Shown here in pieces: positions 18,220 to 27,179 of a DNA stretch of 37,344 bases; positions within the stretch are counted from its first letter, which is position 1; each line of letters opens with the position of its first letter. Position numbers and translations under genes: made by a program. This stretch comes from a virus (lineage: Duplodnaviria > Heunggongvirae > Uroviricota > Caudoviricetes), in IMG/VR virus record IMGVR_UViG_2778261692_000005; one strand, written 5' to 3'. Under the pieces are notes generated by a model. That model saw nothing but the letters and a program-made list of their open reading frames with translations, was not told where the DNA came from and searched no databases.

Positions 18220-18713
18220 CAGCACAGCTCCGCAAAGATTCGCGGGCGGCGCAGAATGTCAGAGATGGCCCAGCTCACATCGCGCCACAAATCCGATGTC
18301 TGTATATCCAGTGCGTCCGCGCGGCGGTCGCCCTTATCCGTTGTGTCCGCATCGCGGTAACGCTCCAGAATCAGGGCGCGTGTGGCGGTATAAACGGCAT
18401 TGCGCCAGTGCCAGAGATTGACGCTTTCTCCGTTAATTACGGGTGCCGGAACATCGGCCAGCGTCTGATGGCCAGCCGCCTGTTGTTCCTGCTGCCACGC
18501 TTCCAGCTCGCGGGTAACGTGTGCCACGGCCCCGGTGGCGGTATGCAGCAGGCGGGAGGTGGTCACACGGCCCGGCAGTCGTATCGCCAGACGCAGCTCA
18601 CGCAGCACAATATCCGGCCAGAATGCGCCCGCTGAAATACGGGTATCACCATCATCGGTATCGGTGATGTCGTCCTCTGCGGGTCCGGGGTTGGTTCTGG
18701 CAACCATACTCAT
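18219..18713 (-). CDS. L: head completion/stabilisation protein L
   Basis: About 164 aa from ATG with RBS AGGAG; recognised as the gpL family. Confidence 0.8.
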   Translation of the reverse strand: MSMVARTNPGPAEDDITDTDDGDTRISAGAFWPDIVLRELRLAIRLPGRVTTSRLLHTATGAVAHVTRELEAWQQEQQAAGHQTLADVPAPVINGESVNLWHWRNAVYTATRALILERYRDADTTDKGDRRADALDIQTSDLWRDVSWAISDILRRPRIFAELC

Positions 18714-18814
18714 GGGGTTCACTCCTGAAAAAATCGGGCGGTGGGTGCACGGTGTAAACGGTCACGGAGTCAAACCGGAACACCGCGCACGCCGCCCGCT
18801 GACGGGGTCAGTCG

Positions 18815-19615
18815 TTAACCGCGCTTCGCCTTCTGCGTCGCGGTGGTTTTTCGTGTTGCAGGCTTCCGCGTTGTCTTTTTACTTTTGCTGCTTTCGTCCT
18901 GCGCCTGCTGTGCGCTGTCGTCTTCTGGTTCGGTTGCGGAATCGGCTTTTTTCAGGGCGCGGGAAAGGGTTGCAATCTCGCGTTTCACACCTGCGTTCGG
19001 GTTCAGGTGCATTGCTTCACGCAGCAGCTTCAGTGACAGGGCCATGCTGTCCGCATCGCTCAGGCCACGGCGGGCAAAGGCGCACGCCTTGCATAATTTG
19101 GCGCGCACTTCGTCCGGCATGTCCTGGTCGGTGACAATCTCCCGGAGGGTGTCCAGTGGTTCGATAAAGGCGGACAAATCCGCGTCGGCATCCGTCCCGG
19201 CCTGCGTCAGTACCGGATTACAGATTTCTTCGGTCAGTACCGTGGCAGCAGTACGGCCAAAGTTATCCGGCATGATGAGGTTGTGACGGACCGCATACGC
19301 GCCGATACGCAGCGCAAGCGGAAGATCGCCACAGTCAATCGCCCACACCATCAGCGTGGCAATCACTTCGTCCTGCTGCCCGCCGTCAGCCTCCAGCGTT
19401 CCCTCAATCCAGCCGGAAAAGTCCGGCAACAACTCTTTTTTGATGGCGGCTTTCGCGCTTCTGGCCTGTACGCCCTTAAGCCGGGCCTGTGCCAGACGCA
19501 GACGATACAGCACCTCTTCATGCGCGGTACGCGCGGCATGGTCCACGCCTTCATTCGCCCGGCCTGCGCGCTGTGCCATCACGTTCTGCCAGTGTTGCTG
19601 TGCAGGGGTAATCAT
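18815..19615 (-). CDS. M: terminase endonuclease (small) subunit M
   Basis: 266 aa; …DMPDEVRAKL…GVKKEIE… matches P2 gpM; basic C-terminal tail. Confidence 0.85.
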   Translation of the reverse strand: MITPAQQHWQNVMAQRAGRANEGVDHAARTAHEEVLYRLRLAQARLKGVQARSAKAAIKKELLPDFSGWIEGTLEADGGQQDEVIATLMVWAIDCGDLPLALRIGAYAVRHNLIMPDNFGRTAATVLTEEICNPVLTQAGTDADADLSAFIEPLDTLREIVTDQDMPDEVRAKLCKACAFARRGLSDADSMALSLKLLREAMHLNPNAGVKREIATLSRALKKADSATEPEDDSAQQAQDESSKSKKTTRKPATRKTTATQKAKRG

Positions 19616-19660
19616 TTTTTCTCTCCGTTACAGGCGGGCATGATGCCCGCCGTGAGTTGA

Positions 19661-20713
19661 TTAGCTGTCGGCGAACTTCAGGCCAGTGACCATCGCGCAC
19701 TTGCCATAGTCTTCAACGACATAAGCGTCATTGATGGACTGGTAGGTGGCGATGCGGTTGTATTCCGGTTCGTCTTTCATCAGACGACGCATTGAACCTT
19801 TCTGCCAGTAAATCGACAGGTTGTTGAACGAGGTGATCAGCATCGTTGAATCCGGGAAGAACGGCGCAAGGAACACGCCCAGCCCGCCAATGGTGCGCGA
19901 TGACAGAATGAGCTGCCCGGCGAGTAATTCCGCATTGGGATTCTGGCCGCTGATGCTGTTCAGCACGGGCAGACGCAGCGAGTTAAACAGGTTGCGCCCC
20001 ATAATCACCACGAGGTCGTCAGCTTCCTTGTGCCATTCATCCAGCAGGGATGAGCGCGCGTCCTGTACCAGTGCATCAGCGTTCGCATACTTACCCGCGT
20101 GCGCCACGGTGTTGTCCATGTTACGGGAGGTCAGCGTCACGTCATTCATAACGCGTTCGCTGGCGTCGGTTCTGATGTGCTCCAGCCAGCCCACGTTAAC
20201 GTCCTGAAGCAACTTGTTGGTGCTGAAGTTAGACTCATCCGCGTGAGACGTGCCGTTGAAACCGATCATGATGCGGTCAAGTGCCACCTGTCGGGCAATC
20301 TGTGCGCTGATGCGGGACTGAAAATCAGGGTGTGCCGCCCAGGCATCAAGCTGCGGATATGAAATAAACGTGTCGTAGTTCACCTGTTCGCACTGGTATT
20401 TGCGGTTTTTCAGATCAACCACGTTATTCGGGTTACGGCGTTTTGTGCCGTCATAACTGGTATTCGTGCGCGCAATCGGCCCGGTGGTATCCAGGAGGAT
20501 TTTTTCGCCTTTCTGGTCGGTCACGCCGATCACGTTAATTCTTTTTGTAAATTCGGTGCTTTCCTTTGAGGCGTTTTCAAAACGCTGCTGTACCGAGGGT
20601 TCCACGGTAAATCGCGATACCAGTGCGGAAACCGGGATATTGTTAAGCGACGCCTGCTGCGCCATATAGCAACCCAGCTTGTTGCGGGTAATATCTGACA
20701 TCACCAGATTCAT
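19661..20713 (-). CDS. N: major capsid protein N
   Basis: 350 aa; FTVEPSV…GEKI…YECDQ-like…LSIY… pattern of P2 gpN; RBS AAGGAG. Confidence 0.9.
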   Translation of the reverse strand: MNLVMSDITRNKLGCYMAQQASLNNIPVSALVSRFTVEPSVQQRFENASKESTEFTKRINVIGVTDQKGEKILLDTTGPIARTNTSYDGTKRRNPNNVVDLKNRKYQCEQVNYDTFISYPQLDAWAAHPDFQSRISAQIARQVALDRIMIGFNGTSHADESNFSTNKLLQDVNVGWLEHIRTDASERVMNDVTLTSRNMDNTVAHAGKYANADALVQDARSSLLDEWHKEADDLVVIMGRNLFNSLRLPVLNSISGQNPNAELLAGQLILSSRTIGGLGVFLAPFFPDSTMLITSFNNLSIYWQKGSMRRLMKDEPEYNRIATYQSINDAYVVEDYGKCAMVTGLKFADS

Positions 20714-20736
20714 AAAAAATTTGCTCCTTTGTCTTA

Positions 20737-21573
20737 TCAGAAGTCAGCCAGCTGGTCGGAGGCTGCGCCCGTTGCGGTGAACCGGTTCTGCGGATCGCCG
20801 TCCTGCGTGCGCAGTTTTTCCTTCAGTGCTGCCAGCTCTGTGGTCAGTGAAGTGATTTTCTGGCTGTCCTGCTGATGGCGGGTTTCCAGTGCATTAAAAC
20901 GGTCGATAATGTCGGCCTGTGACGTTGCGACGCCTTCCACCGCTTCCTGAATGCGGGAGAAACTGGCGTCATCCGCTTTGCGGCCACGACCAATAATCCC
21001 CATTACGCGGTTAAACCACTGGGTGCCTTCTTCCTGGCGTTGTTCTGCCATTTCGATGATTTCAGACTCGATGGCTTCGGAGATAAGCGGTGCTTCACCC
21101 TGGACACTGTTGAACGTCATCACCGCCTGACGTTGCTGTGCCGTGAATTTCAGGCGCTCAGTGCCCAGGCTTGCCGGGGTGTCGGTCATCGCCAGCCCGA
21201 CCAGATAGGCGCGCCCGTTAACGGAGAACTGCGGGTGCAGTTCGATACTGGAATAGATTTTCTTGCCGTCAGCGACAAGCTGCTTCATGCGCTCGGTCGG
21301 TTCGATTTCTGCATACAGCGCAGTACGTCCGGCCAGTGGGCCTTCCGTAATATCTTCCGTACTCAGCGCGGTGACATCGCCCATTGCGGAAAATTCGCTT
21401 GACGGGCATGGCGAGAGATAGTGCTCAACGTTCACGCGGGCAGCGTAAACATCCGGGTTGAAGTTCTCGGCGGCTTCACGCAGATGTACCGGACTGATTT
21501 CGCGGCCATCAACAGTTGATCCGGAGACAGCCACGCGAAACTTTTTGCGGGATGTCTTTTTTTCATTAGCCAT
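20737..21573 (-). CDS. O: capsid scaffolding protein O
   Basis: Start at MANEKKTSRKKFRVAVSG (RBS AGAGGGG); recognised as the gpO scaffold/protease family. Confidence 0.85.
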   Translation of the reverse strand: MANEKKTSRKKFRVAVSGSTVDGREISPVHLREAAENFNPDVYAARVNVEHYLSPCPSSEFSAMGDVTALSTEDITEGPLAGRTALYAEIEPTERMKQLVADGKKIYSSIELHPQFSVNGRAYLVGLAMTDTPASLGTERLKFTAQQRQAVMTFNSVQGEAPLISEAIESEIIEMAEQRQEEGTQWFNRVMGIIGRGRKADDASFSRIQEAVEGVATSQADIIDRFNALETRHQQDSQKITSLTTELAALKEKLRTQDGDPQNRFTATGAASDQLADF

Positions 21574-21727
21574 AGTTTTTGCCCCTCTGACTGGTTCTTC
21601 AGTCATGATGGCAAAGCGTAACAGGCTGATACAAAGGGCTTTTGTTGTAAGAAAACGGCCAGAACAGGGGGTTAAGGAGAACGGTTTCGCGCGCGGGTAA
21701 TCTTCCTGTAATTACTCAGGGGGAGCA
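21574..21727. promoter_or_regulatory. divergent late promoter region between O (-) and P (+)
   Basis: 154-bp intergenic region between divergently transcribed packaging and capsid operons, as in P2. Confidence 0.4.
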
Positions 21728-23479
21728 ATGATTCAGGACGCTTTTGTGCGCCAGCGTGCGCGGCAACTTTACTGGCAGGGTTATCCGCCCGCAGAAATAT
21801 CACGTCTGATGGGAATAAACCCGAACACGATTTATGCGTGGAAAAAACGCGACCAGTGGGATGAAACGCCACCCGTGCAGCGTGTCACGCAGTCCATTGA
21901 TGCGCGCCTCATCCAGCTTACTGAAAAACAGAATAAAACAGGCGGTGACTTTAAGGAAATAGACCTGCTGACCCGGCAGCTTAAAAAGCTGCATGATGGC
22001 CAGCCGGATGTGATGGCCGCAGGAAAGAAAGGCCGGGCGAAAAAACTCAAAAATCATTTCACGCCGGAACAGATTGCCGCACTGCGGGAAAAAATCATCA
22101 GCAGGCTGGAGTGGCATCAGCGGGGCTGGTTTGACTCCCTGACCCTTTGCAGGGAAGCCGGGATACGCAACAGGATGATCCTGAAATCCCGACAGATTGG
22201 GGCGACATGGTATTTTGCGCAGGAAGCACTGCTGATGGCGCTGCGTGACGATGTGGCGCAGCCTTACCAGCGTAACCAGATTTTTTTGTCTGCGTCGCGT
22301 CGTCAGGCGTTCCAGTTTAAAAGCATTATTCAGAAGGCCGCGGCTGAAGTTGATGTGGAGCTGAAAGGGGGCGATAAAATCATCCTCTCCAACGGCGCAG
22401 AGCTGCATTTTCTCGGCACTTCTGCTGCGTCGGCACAGTCCTATACGGGCAATTTTTATTTTGATGAATTTTTCTGGGTCAGTCGCTTTGCTGAACTGCG
22501 CAAGGTGGCTGGCGCTATGGCAACCCTCAGCGGACTGCGGCGCACCTACTTCTCCACGCCATCCACCGAAACGCACGAGGCATACGCCTACTGGAACGGC
22601 GACCGCTGGAACGAGAAAAAGGCCTCGCATAAACGCCAGCGTTTTTCTGTGGACTGGAAAACGCTGCATAACGGACTTATCTGCCCTGACCGGACATGGC
22701 GGCAGATTGTCACGCTGGAAGATGTGGTTAATCACGGCTGGAAACACACCGATATTGACGAAATCCGTGATGAAAACACCGAAGACGAGTTCCTCAATCT
22801 CTACATGTGTGAGTTTGTCCGCGAAGGGGAATCGGCATTTAACCTGAATATCCTGATTGGCTGCGGCGTTGACGGATACGACGACTGGAAAGACTGGAAA
22901 CCTTTTGCTCCCCGCCCGATGGGAAATCGTCCGGTATGGATTGGGTATGACGCAAACGGCAGCAGTGGCAACGGCGACAGCGGCGCTGTGTCCGTGGTGG
23001 TTCCTCCGGCTGTTCCTGGTGGCCGTTTTCGAACGGTGGAGACGCGACGCGTTCAGGGGCTGGAGTTTGAAGAACAGGCCAGAGTCATTGAAGAGTTCAC
23101 GTGTCGCTACAACGTGGAACACATCGGTATTGATGTGACGGGCGGGAACGGGGAGGCTGTTTATCAGATAGTGAAACGGTTTTTCCCTGCTGCTATTCCG
23201 TACACCTTCACGCTGTCATCAAAACGGTCGCTGGTACTGAAAATGCTGCAAATAATGCGTGCCGGACGGTGGGAATACGATCGCGCCGAACGCGAACTGG
23301 TCGCGGCCTTTAACGCCGTGCGTAAAGTGAAAACACCGGGCGGCTTTATCACTTACGAAACGGACCGCGCGAGGGGGATCAGCCACGGCGACCTTGCGTG
23401 GGCGACCATGCTTGCTGTCATTAACGAACCAATTGGCGGCGAAGGAGAAAACGAGCGTTTCACGGTTATGGAGTTCTGA
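21728..23479 (+). CDS. P: terminase ATPase (large) subunit P
   Basis: 583 aa recognised as the P2 gpP large terminase family. Confidence 0.9.
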   Translation: MIQDAFVRQRARQLYWQGYPPAEISRLMGINPNTIYAWKKRDQWDETPPVQRVTQSIDARLIQLTEKQNKTGGDFKEIDLLTRQLKKLHDGQPDVMAAGKKGRAKKLKNHFTPEQIAALREKIISRLEWHQRGWFDSLTLCREAGIRNRMILKSRQIGATWYFAQEALLMALRDDVAQPYQRNQIFLSASRRQAFQFKSIIQKAAAEVDVELKGGDKIILSNGAELHFLGTSAASAQSYTGNFYFDEFFWVSRFAELRKVAGAMATLSGLRRTYFSTPSTETHEAYAYWNGDRWNEKKASHKRQRFSVDWKTLHNGLICPDRTWRQIVTLEDVVNHGWKHTDIDEIRDENTEDEFLNLYMCEFVREGESAFNLNILIGCGVDGYDDWKDWKPFAPRPMGNRPVWIGYDANGSSGNGDSGAVSVVVPPAVPGGRFRTVETRRVQGLEFEEQARVIEEFTCRYNVEHIGIDVTGGNGEAVYQIVKRFFPAAIPYTFTLSSKRSLVLKMLQIMRAGRWEYDRAERELVAAFNAVRKVKTPGGFITYETDRARGISHGDLAWATMLAVINEPIGGEGENERFTVMEF

Positions 23480-24525
23480 TGAGCAGAAAAAATAAAAAAG
23501 TGCGCATGAGTTCACGCATTGATCTCGCTGATGCGCTCAGGAAAGAATCATCGCTCAGTGCATTCACATTTGATGGTCCTTATCGCCTGACCGGGCATGA
23601 CCTGCTGGACAATATGTACTGTGCTGATAACGGGCGGTGGTATGAAACCCCGGTGGACTGGTACGGTCTGGCGAGAGCTGCCCGGCAAACGTCCTGGCAT
23701 CAGTCTGCGCTTTACTTTAAGCGCAATGTATTACTCGGTTGCTACATCCCGCACCCGCTGCTTTCCCGGCAGGATTTCTCGGCGCTGGCGCTGGACTGGT
23801 TTGTGTTCGGTAACGCATTCCTTGAGCTTCGAAGCAATATGCTCGGCGAACCGCTTAAATTACGGCACGCACTGGCGAAATACATGCGACGCGGAAGCGA
23901 TCTTGAATCATGGTGGTATGTGCAGGATGGCAAGGACGCGTTCCAGTTTCACCCTGGCAAAGTGTGCCACCTGATGAATCCGGATATTAACCAGGAAATC
24001 TACGGCATGCCGGAATATCTCGGCGCATTACTCTCGGCCAGCCTGTCTCATTCGGCGGACATGTTCAGAAAACTGTATTACGACAACGGATCCCACGCCG
24101 GGTGCATCATCTACATCGGTGCAGCACAGGTAAACCGCGAAAGCATGGACTCCCTGAAAGAAACGTTACAGGGTGCACGTGGTGGTGGTGCGTTTAAAAA
24201 CGTGCTCATTCATGCGCCCAACGGGGGCAAAGAGGGGGTGCAAATTTTGCCGTTCCAGCAGATCACCGCAAAAGATGAGTTCATGAATGTTAAGGCGGCA
24301 TCCCGTGATGATGTGCTGGCTGCGCACCGCGTTCCGCCGCAACTGATGGGGGCGATGCCGGGCGAAAAAAGTGCGTTTGGTGATGTGGAGAAGGCCGCGC
24401 GGGTTTACGCAATTAACGAGCTGATGCCCGTCATGGAGGCTATGAAGCACATCAATGACTGGCTTGGCGAAGAGGTGATCCGTTTTAACTCTTATGCTCT
24501 TCTTGATGAAAAAACAGCCCCGTGA
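23479..24525 (+). CDS. Q: portal protein Q
   Basis: 348 aa, start overlaps P stop (TGATG); recognised as the gpQ portal family. Confidence 0.9.
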   Translation: MSRKNKKVRMSSRIDLADALRKESSLSAFTFDGPYRLTGHDLLDNMYCADNGRWYETPVDWYGLARAARQTSWHQSALYFKRNVLLGCYIPHPLLSRQDFSALALDWFVFGNAFLELRSNMLGEPLKLRHALAKYMRRGSDLESWWYVQDGKDAFQFHPGKVCHLMNPDINQEIYGMPEYLGALLSASLSHSADMFRKLYYDNGSHAGCIIYIGAAQVNRESMDSLKETLQGARGGGAFKNVLIHAPNGGKEGVQILPFQQITAKDEFMNVKAASRDDVLAAHRVPPQLMGAMPGEKSAFGDVEKAARVYAINELMPVMEAMKHINDWLGEEVIRFNSYALLDEKTAP

Positions 24526-24541
24526 TGGGGCTGTCCTTTTT
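24511..24541. terminator. bidirectional rho-independent terminator shared by Q (+) and orf174 (-)
   Basis: Stem CAGCCCC/GGGGCTG flanked by A-run and T-run. Confidence 0.55.
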
Positions 24542-25064
24542 ACCAGAGTTGAACCATTTTCTGGGTGCCGTCAGGCTTGAGATTATCAATTTCAGAGAGA
24601 ACGTAATATTGAATGGCTTCACAAACGGTGGTGTAGGGTGAATTACCTTCTTTAAGTGGCACGATATTATTATTAACGCGAACCTGTATTTCATCGTTAT
24701 ACATTGCGATCGAAACAGGAGTGTGCACGAACGCGACTTCGCCAGGTGTGTCGTCAACCACCGTTTCAATACTAAAAGTCAGTTTTCGCTCATCATTGCT
24801 GCCTCGTGCTTTGGGGGTAGCGGCAGGGATCTGGGATAAAGGCATTCTGCGAAATCCTTCGGCTGCTTCCAGTCCACATGAAACGTAATGCTGGCGATTA
24901 CCGTCGCTATCTGTCCAGGTCTGTGATGGCAGCTCCAGCGAGATTTCATAAGCATCAACAATGCCCTGGGCAAGGCGTACAAGCGGGGTCAGATCTTCAT
25001 TGCGGCGAAAGCTCTCCTTTACCTGCTCCCGTTTTTCTCTTAACTGCTTGTAATTAATGACCAT
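24540..25064 (-). CDS. hypothetical cargo protein (174 aa), no family recognised
   Basis: Start at MVINYKQLREK with RBS GGAGG 7 nt upstream; AT-rich codon usage by eye; convergent with Q. Confidence 0.6.
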   Translation of the reverse strand: MVINYKQLREKREQVKESFRRNEDLTPLVRLAQGIVDAYEISLELPSQTWTDSDGNRQHYVSCGLEAAEGFRRMPLSQIPAATPKARGSNDERKLTFSIETVVDDTPGEVAFVHTPVSIAMYNDEIQVRVNNNIVPLKEGNSPYTTVCEAIQYYVLSEIDNLKPDGTQKMVQLW

Positions 25065-25103
25065 AAGACAGCCTCCATTGATTTCTTTGCTCGTATTTTG
25101 CAC

Positions 25104-25650
25104 TTATGAAGTATGGTCGGCAAGGTGCCGTATCGCTGACGCGCTTCGCTTGTCTGCTGCTTCGCCGGGGCATAAAAAATTTATGCCCCGACTCTCCAGC
25201 TCCTGTATCAATCAGATAATTTCACGACGCCTTCCAGCTTATTGTCATCATCGACGGTCAGGCTCTTACGCAATCCCGCCGTGCTGACTGCATGTTCTCG
25301 TCGCCTCAGTGCGATTTTGACGGCCTTATCAGTCACCCCATCAAATCAAAAGCCCTCACGTATTTTTCACGCTCAGCGTGAGAAAGACAGCCATTCCGTT
25401 GTGTCGCTGCGACATCGTTCAGGGAATGCTGTTTACCCCCTGAAACGCGGGCTGTTCCCCCGTCACCTGCGCGCAGAAAAAGCGCGTTTTTTTGTGCGCG
25501 CACGGATCCTTGACGGATCCAGCCGCCATGCGGGCCGGAAGGGTAAAAAGTCGTTCAAAAAAATTGTGCAAATTTGTGCACTTTTGTGCAAACAAAAAGC
25601 GCCCCTGAGGCGCTTTAGTGTTTTATAGGTTGTGTATATTGGCTGGGTCC
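25104..25650. other. ~550-bp non-coding region; candidate cos/packaging or regulatory region
   Basis: No credible ORF; contains hairpin GGGGCATAAA/TTTATGCCCC (25167-25189), palindromic decamers CTGCGCGCAG and GTGCGCGCAC (about 25467-25503), tandem CGGATCC (25503-25520) and three TGTGCA motifs at exact 10-bp spacing (25565-25590). Confidence 0.4.
25590..25616 (-). terminator. rho-independent terminator of the minus-strand cargo operon
   Basis: Stem AGCGCC/GGCGCT followed on the minus strand by TTTTTGTTTG, directly after the orf87 stop. Confidence 0.6.
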
Positions 25651-25914
25651 TTATCCTGCTGTGCTTTCAACTGATGAGGGGAACAAAATCTTTTCATCAA
25701 ACCCTGCATTCATATCATGGACAGCAACACACCAATCCATTGACGAACGATTATCAAGAGCCTCCATGATTTCATCCATGCGGCGTAGGTCATACAGGTA
25801 AATGTTTTTATCGCCAATGGTGTAAAAACCAATTTTTCTCGGTGACGGGCAGCGATCAAGAACGTTCTGTAATTCGCTCAACCATGCCTGTTCCTTTTTT
25901 GTCAAAGTTGCCAT
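25651..25914 (-). CDS. hypothetical protein (87 aa), last gene of the parM operon
   Basis: RBS AAGGAG overlapping the upstream gene's last codons; starts MATLTKKEQ; no family recognised. Confidence 0.55.
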   Translation of the reverse strand: MATLTKKEQAWLSELQNVLDRCPSPRKIGFYTIGDKNIYLYDLRRMDEIMEALDNRSSMDWCVAVHDMNAGFDEKILFPSSVESTAG

Positions 25915-25915
25915 A

Positions 25916-26407
25916 TCACTCTCCTTTGATGCGAATGCCAGTGGTACTCATTCTCCTGATTTCCCAGAGCACACGAGGAACACCACCGTCTCCGACCGGA
26001 TCGCGTTTACTCCGCAGGGCGACGCTTGATTCCGCCCAGCTTTTTCTTGGAGGAAGCTCTTTCACACGAACAAAACCAGCTGCGCGGAGAGATGCTCCTG
26101 ATTCATCTGCCCGGGTGTACGTAATACAACGTTGATAACCCATAGCCTTTGCTGCCCGCCAGACAGCACCATAAAGCGCGCTGTTAGCGTTGCGTTCTCC
26201 TGTGGTACATGTGCGATTTACTTCAAGCGTTAATCCATCGTCCAAATGTCGTGCAACAGGTCGACCGGCTGTCGCCACACCTATCAATTCTCCGGCATCA
26301 TTTCTCAGACCAATGCTGAATTTATGCCCCACCGGGGGTTTATTGTGTCGGTGATGTCTGGATATAAATGCCTTCGCAACACGAAGAGTAACCGGTGAAA
26401 TTTGCAT
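25916..26407 (-). CDS. hypothetical protein (about 163 aa); weak GNAT-like pattern at most
   Basis: Start taken at MQISPVTLRV (2 nt after upstream stop); C-terminus ends …GIRIKGE like the preceding gene; no family confidently recognised. Confidence 0.55.
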   Translation of the reverse strand: MQISPVTLRVAKAFISRHHRHNKPPVGHKFSIGLRNDAGELIGVATAGRPVARHLDDGLTLEVNRTCTTGERNANSALYGAVWRAAKAMGYQRCITYTRADESGASLRAAGFVRVKELPPRKSWAESSVALRSKRDPVGDGGVPRVLWEIRRMSTTGIRIKGE

Positions 26408-26409
26408 TC

Positions 26410-26841
26410 TCACTCGCCTTTGATGCCAATGTTTACAGCCTGGCAAGCCTCTTTGAGCACCCAGTCAACAGCGTCTTTCCATGCTCCGGTTTCGGCTGGC
26501 GGATTCTCACTCTTTACCAGTTCATAGAAACGCACTGCGTTTACCAGTCCTCTTGGTACTGCTGGCGCTGGCGGCTCTCGATACATAGGGATAACACGTC
26601 GCGGGTCCGCGTATTTATCTGGCGGACACTGAAATATCTCACCGAAACCATACTGCTTGACATCACGCAGTTCCTCATCATCAGTCCATGCAACAGGTTT
26701 CGCTTCCAGCGATGTGAGTGCGATTTTCAGTGCGATTAACATATTGTGATCGTTTTCATCAAGGCCAAACGGGATGTCTTCACGACACGATTCAAGGTCT
26801 GCAATTTTGCGTTGTAACCATTTTTTGGGGATAGTTGCCAT
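26410..26841 (-). CDS. hypothetical protein (143 aa)
   Basis: RBS AGGAGAGGAG 5 nt upstream; starts MATIPKKW; ends …NIGIKGE; no family recognised. Confidence 0.55.
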   Translation of the reverse strand: MATIPKKWLQRKIADLESCREDIPFGLDENDHNMLIALKIALTSLEAKPVAWTDDEELRDVKQYGFGEIFQCPPDKYADPRRVIPMYREPPAPAVPRGLVNAVRFYELVKSENPPAETGAWKDAVDWVLKEACQAVNIGIKGE

Positions 26842-26860
26842 AGATGCTCCTCTCCTGTTT

Positions 26861-27175
26861 TCACTCTGGGAAAAATGACTGAATGTTCTTTCTTATCTCG
26901 CTAGTGCTGTGATTGCTTCCGGTGGCAGGTGCGCTGGCATATTTACTCTGAATATTATTCTTGGCTGGCGCAGCTCCTTCTTCCGGCCATTCGGCCAACC
27001 AATAGGCAAATGCAGGATCGCGTTTTATGAGTGCCAGCCCGGCCAGAAAGGCCGCGCGTTGCGCGCGGCTGCGTTCAGAGGCTGGCAGGCTGTCGAGGTA
27101 ATTACACGCCTCCCGTTCACTATTGACGGCGACTGGCTTCAGATAGAAACTTATCCGTCTGGTTGGTGTCGTCAT
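26861..27175 (-). CDS. parR: ParR-like partition adaptor / centromere-binding RHH protein
   Basis: Start at MTTPTRRISFYLKPVAVN…LDSLPASERSRAQRAAFLAGLALIKRDP matches the N-terminal RHH region of plasmid R1 ParR (IAFKLNPDVN…LDSIPQGERSRLNRAALTAGLALYRQDP). Confidence 0.75.
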   Translation of the reverse strand: MTTPTRRISFYLKPVAVNSEREACNYLDSLPASERSRAQRAAFLAGLALIKRDPAFAYWLAEWPEEGAAPAKNNIQSKYASAPATGSNHSTSEIRKNIQSFFPE

Positions 27176-27179
27176 TGGT

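Noticed and set aside
21800-23122. 440-aa minus-strand ORF overlapping the terminase P gene
   Set aside because: Fully antisense to a recognised terminase large subunit; translation has no recognisable domain and is compositionally biased.
25104-25650. Exact match to the P2/P4 19-nt cohesive end as I recall it (GGCGAGGCGGGGAAAGCAC)
   Set aside because: Not found by eye here or elsewhere in the window; the cos assignment stays positional and tentative.
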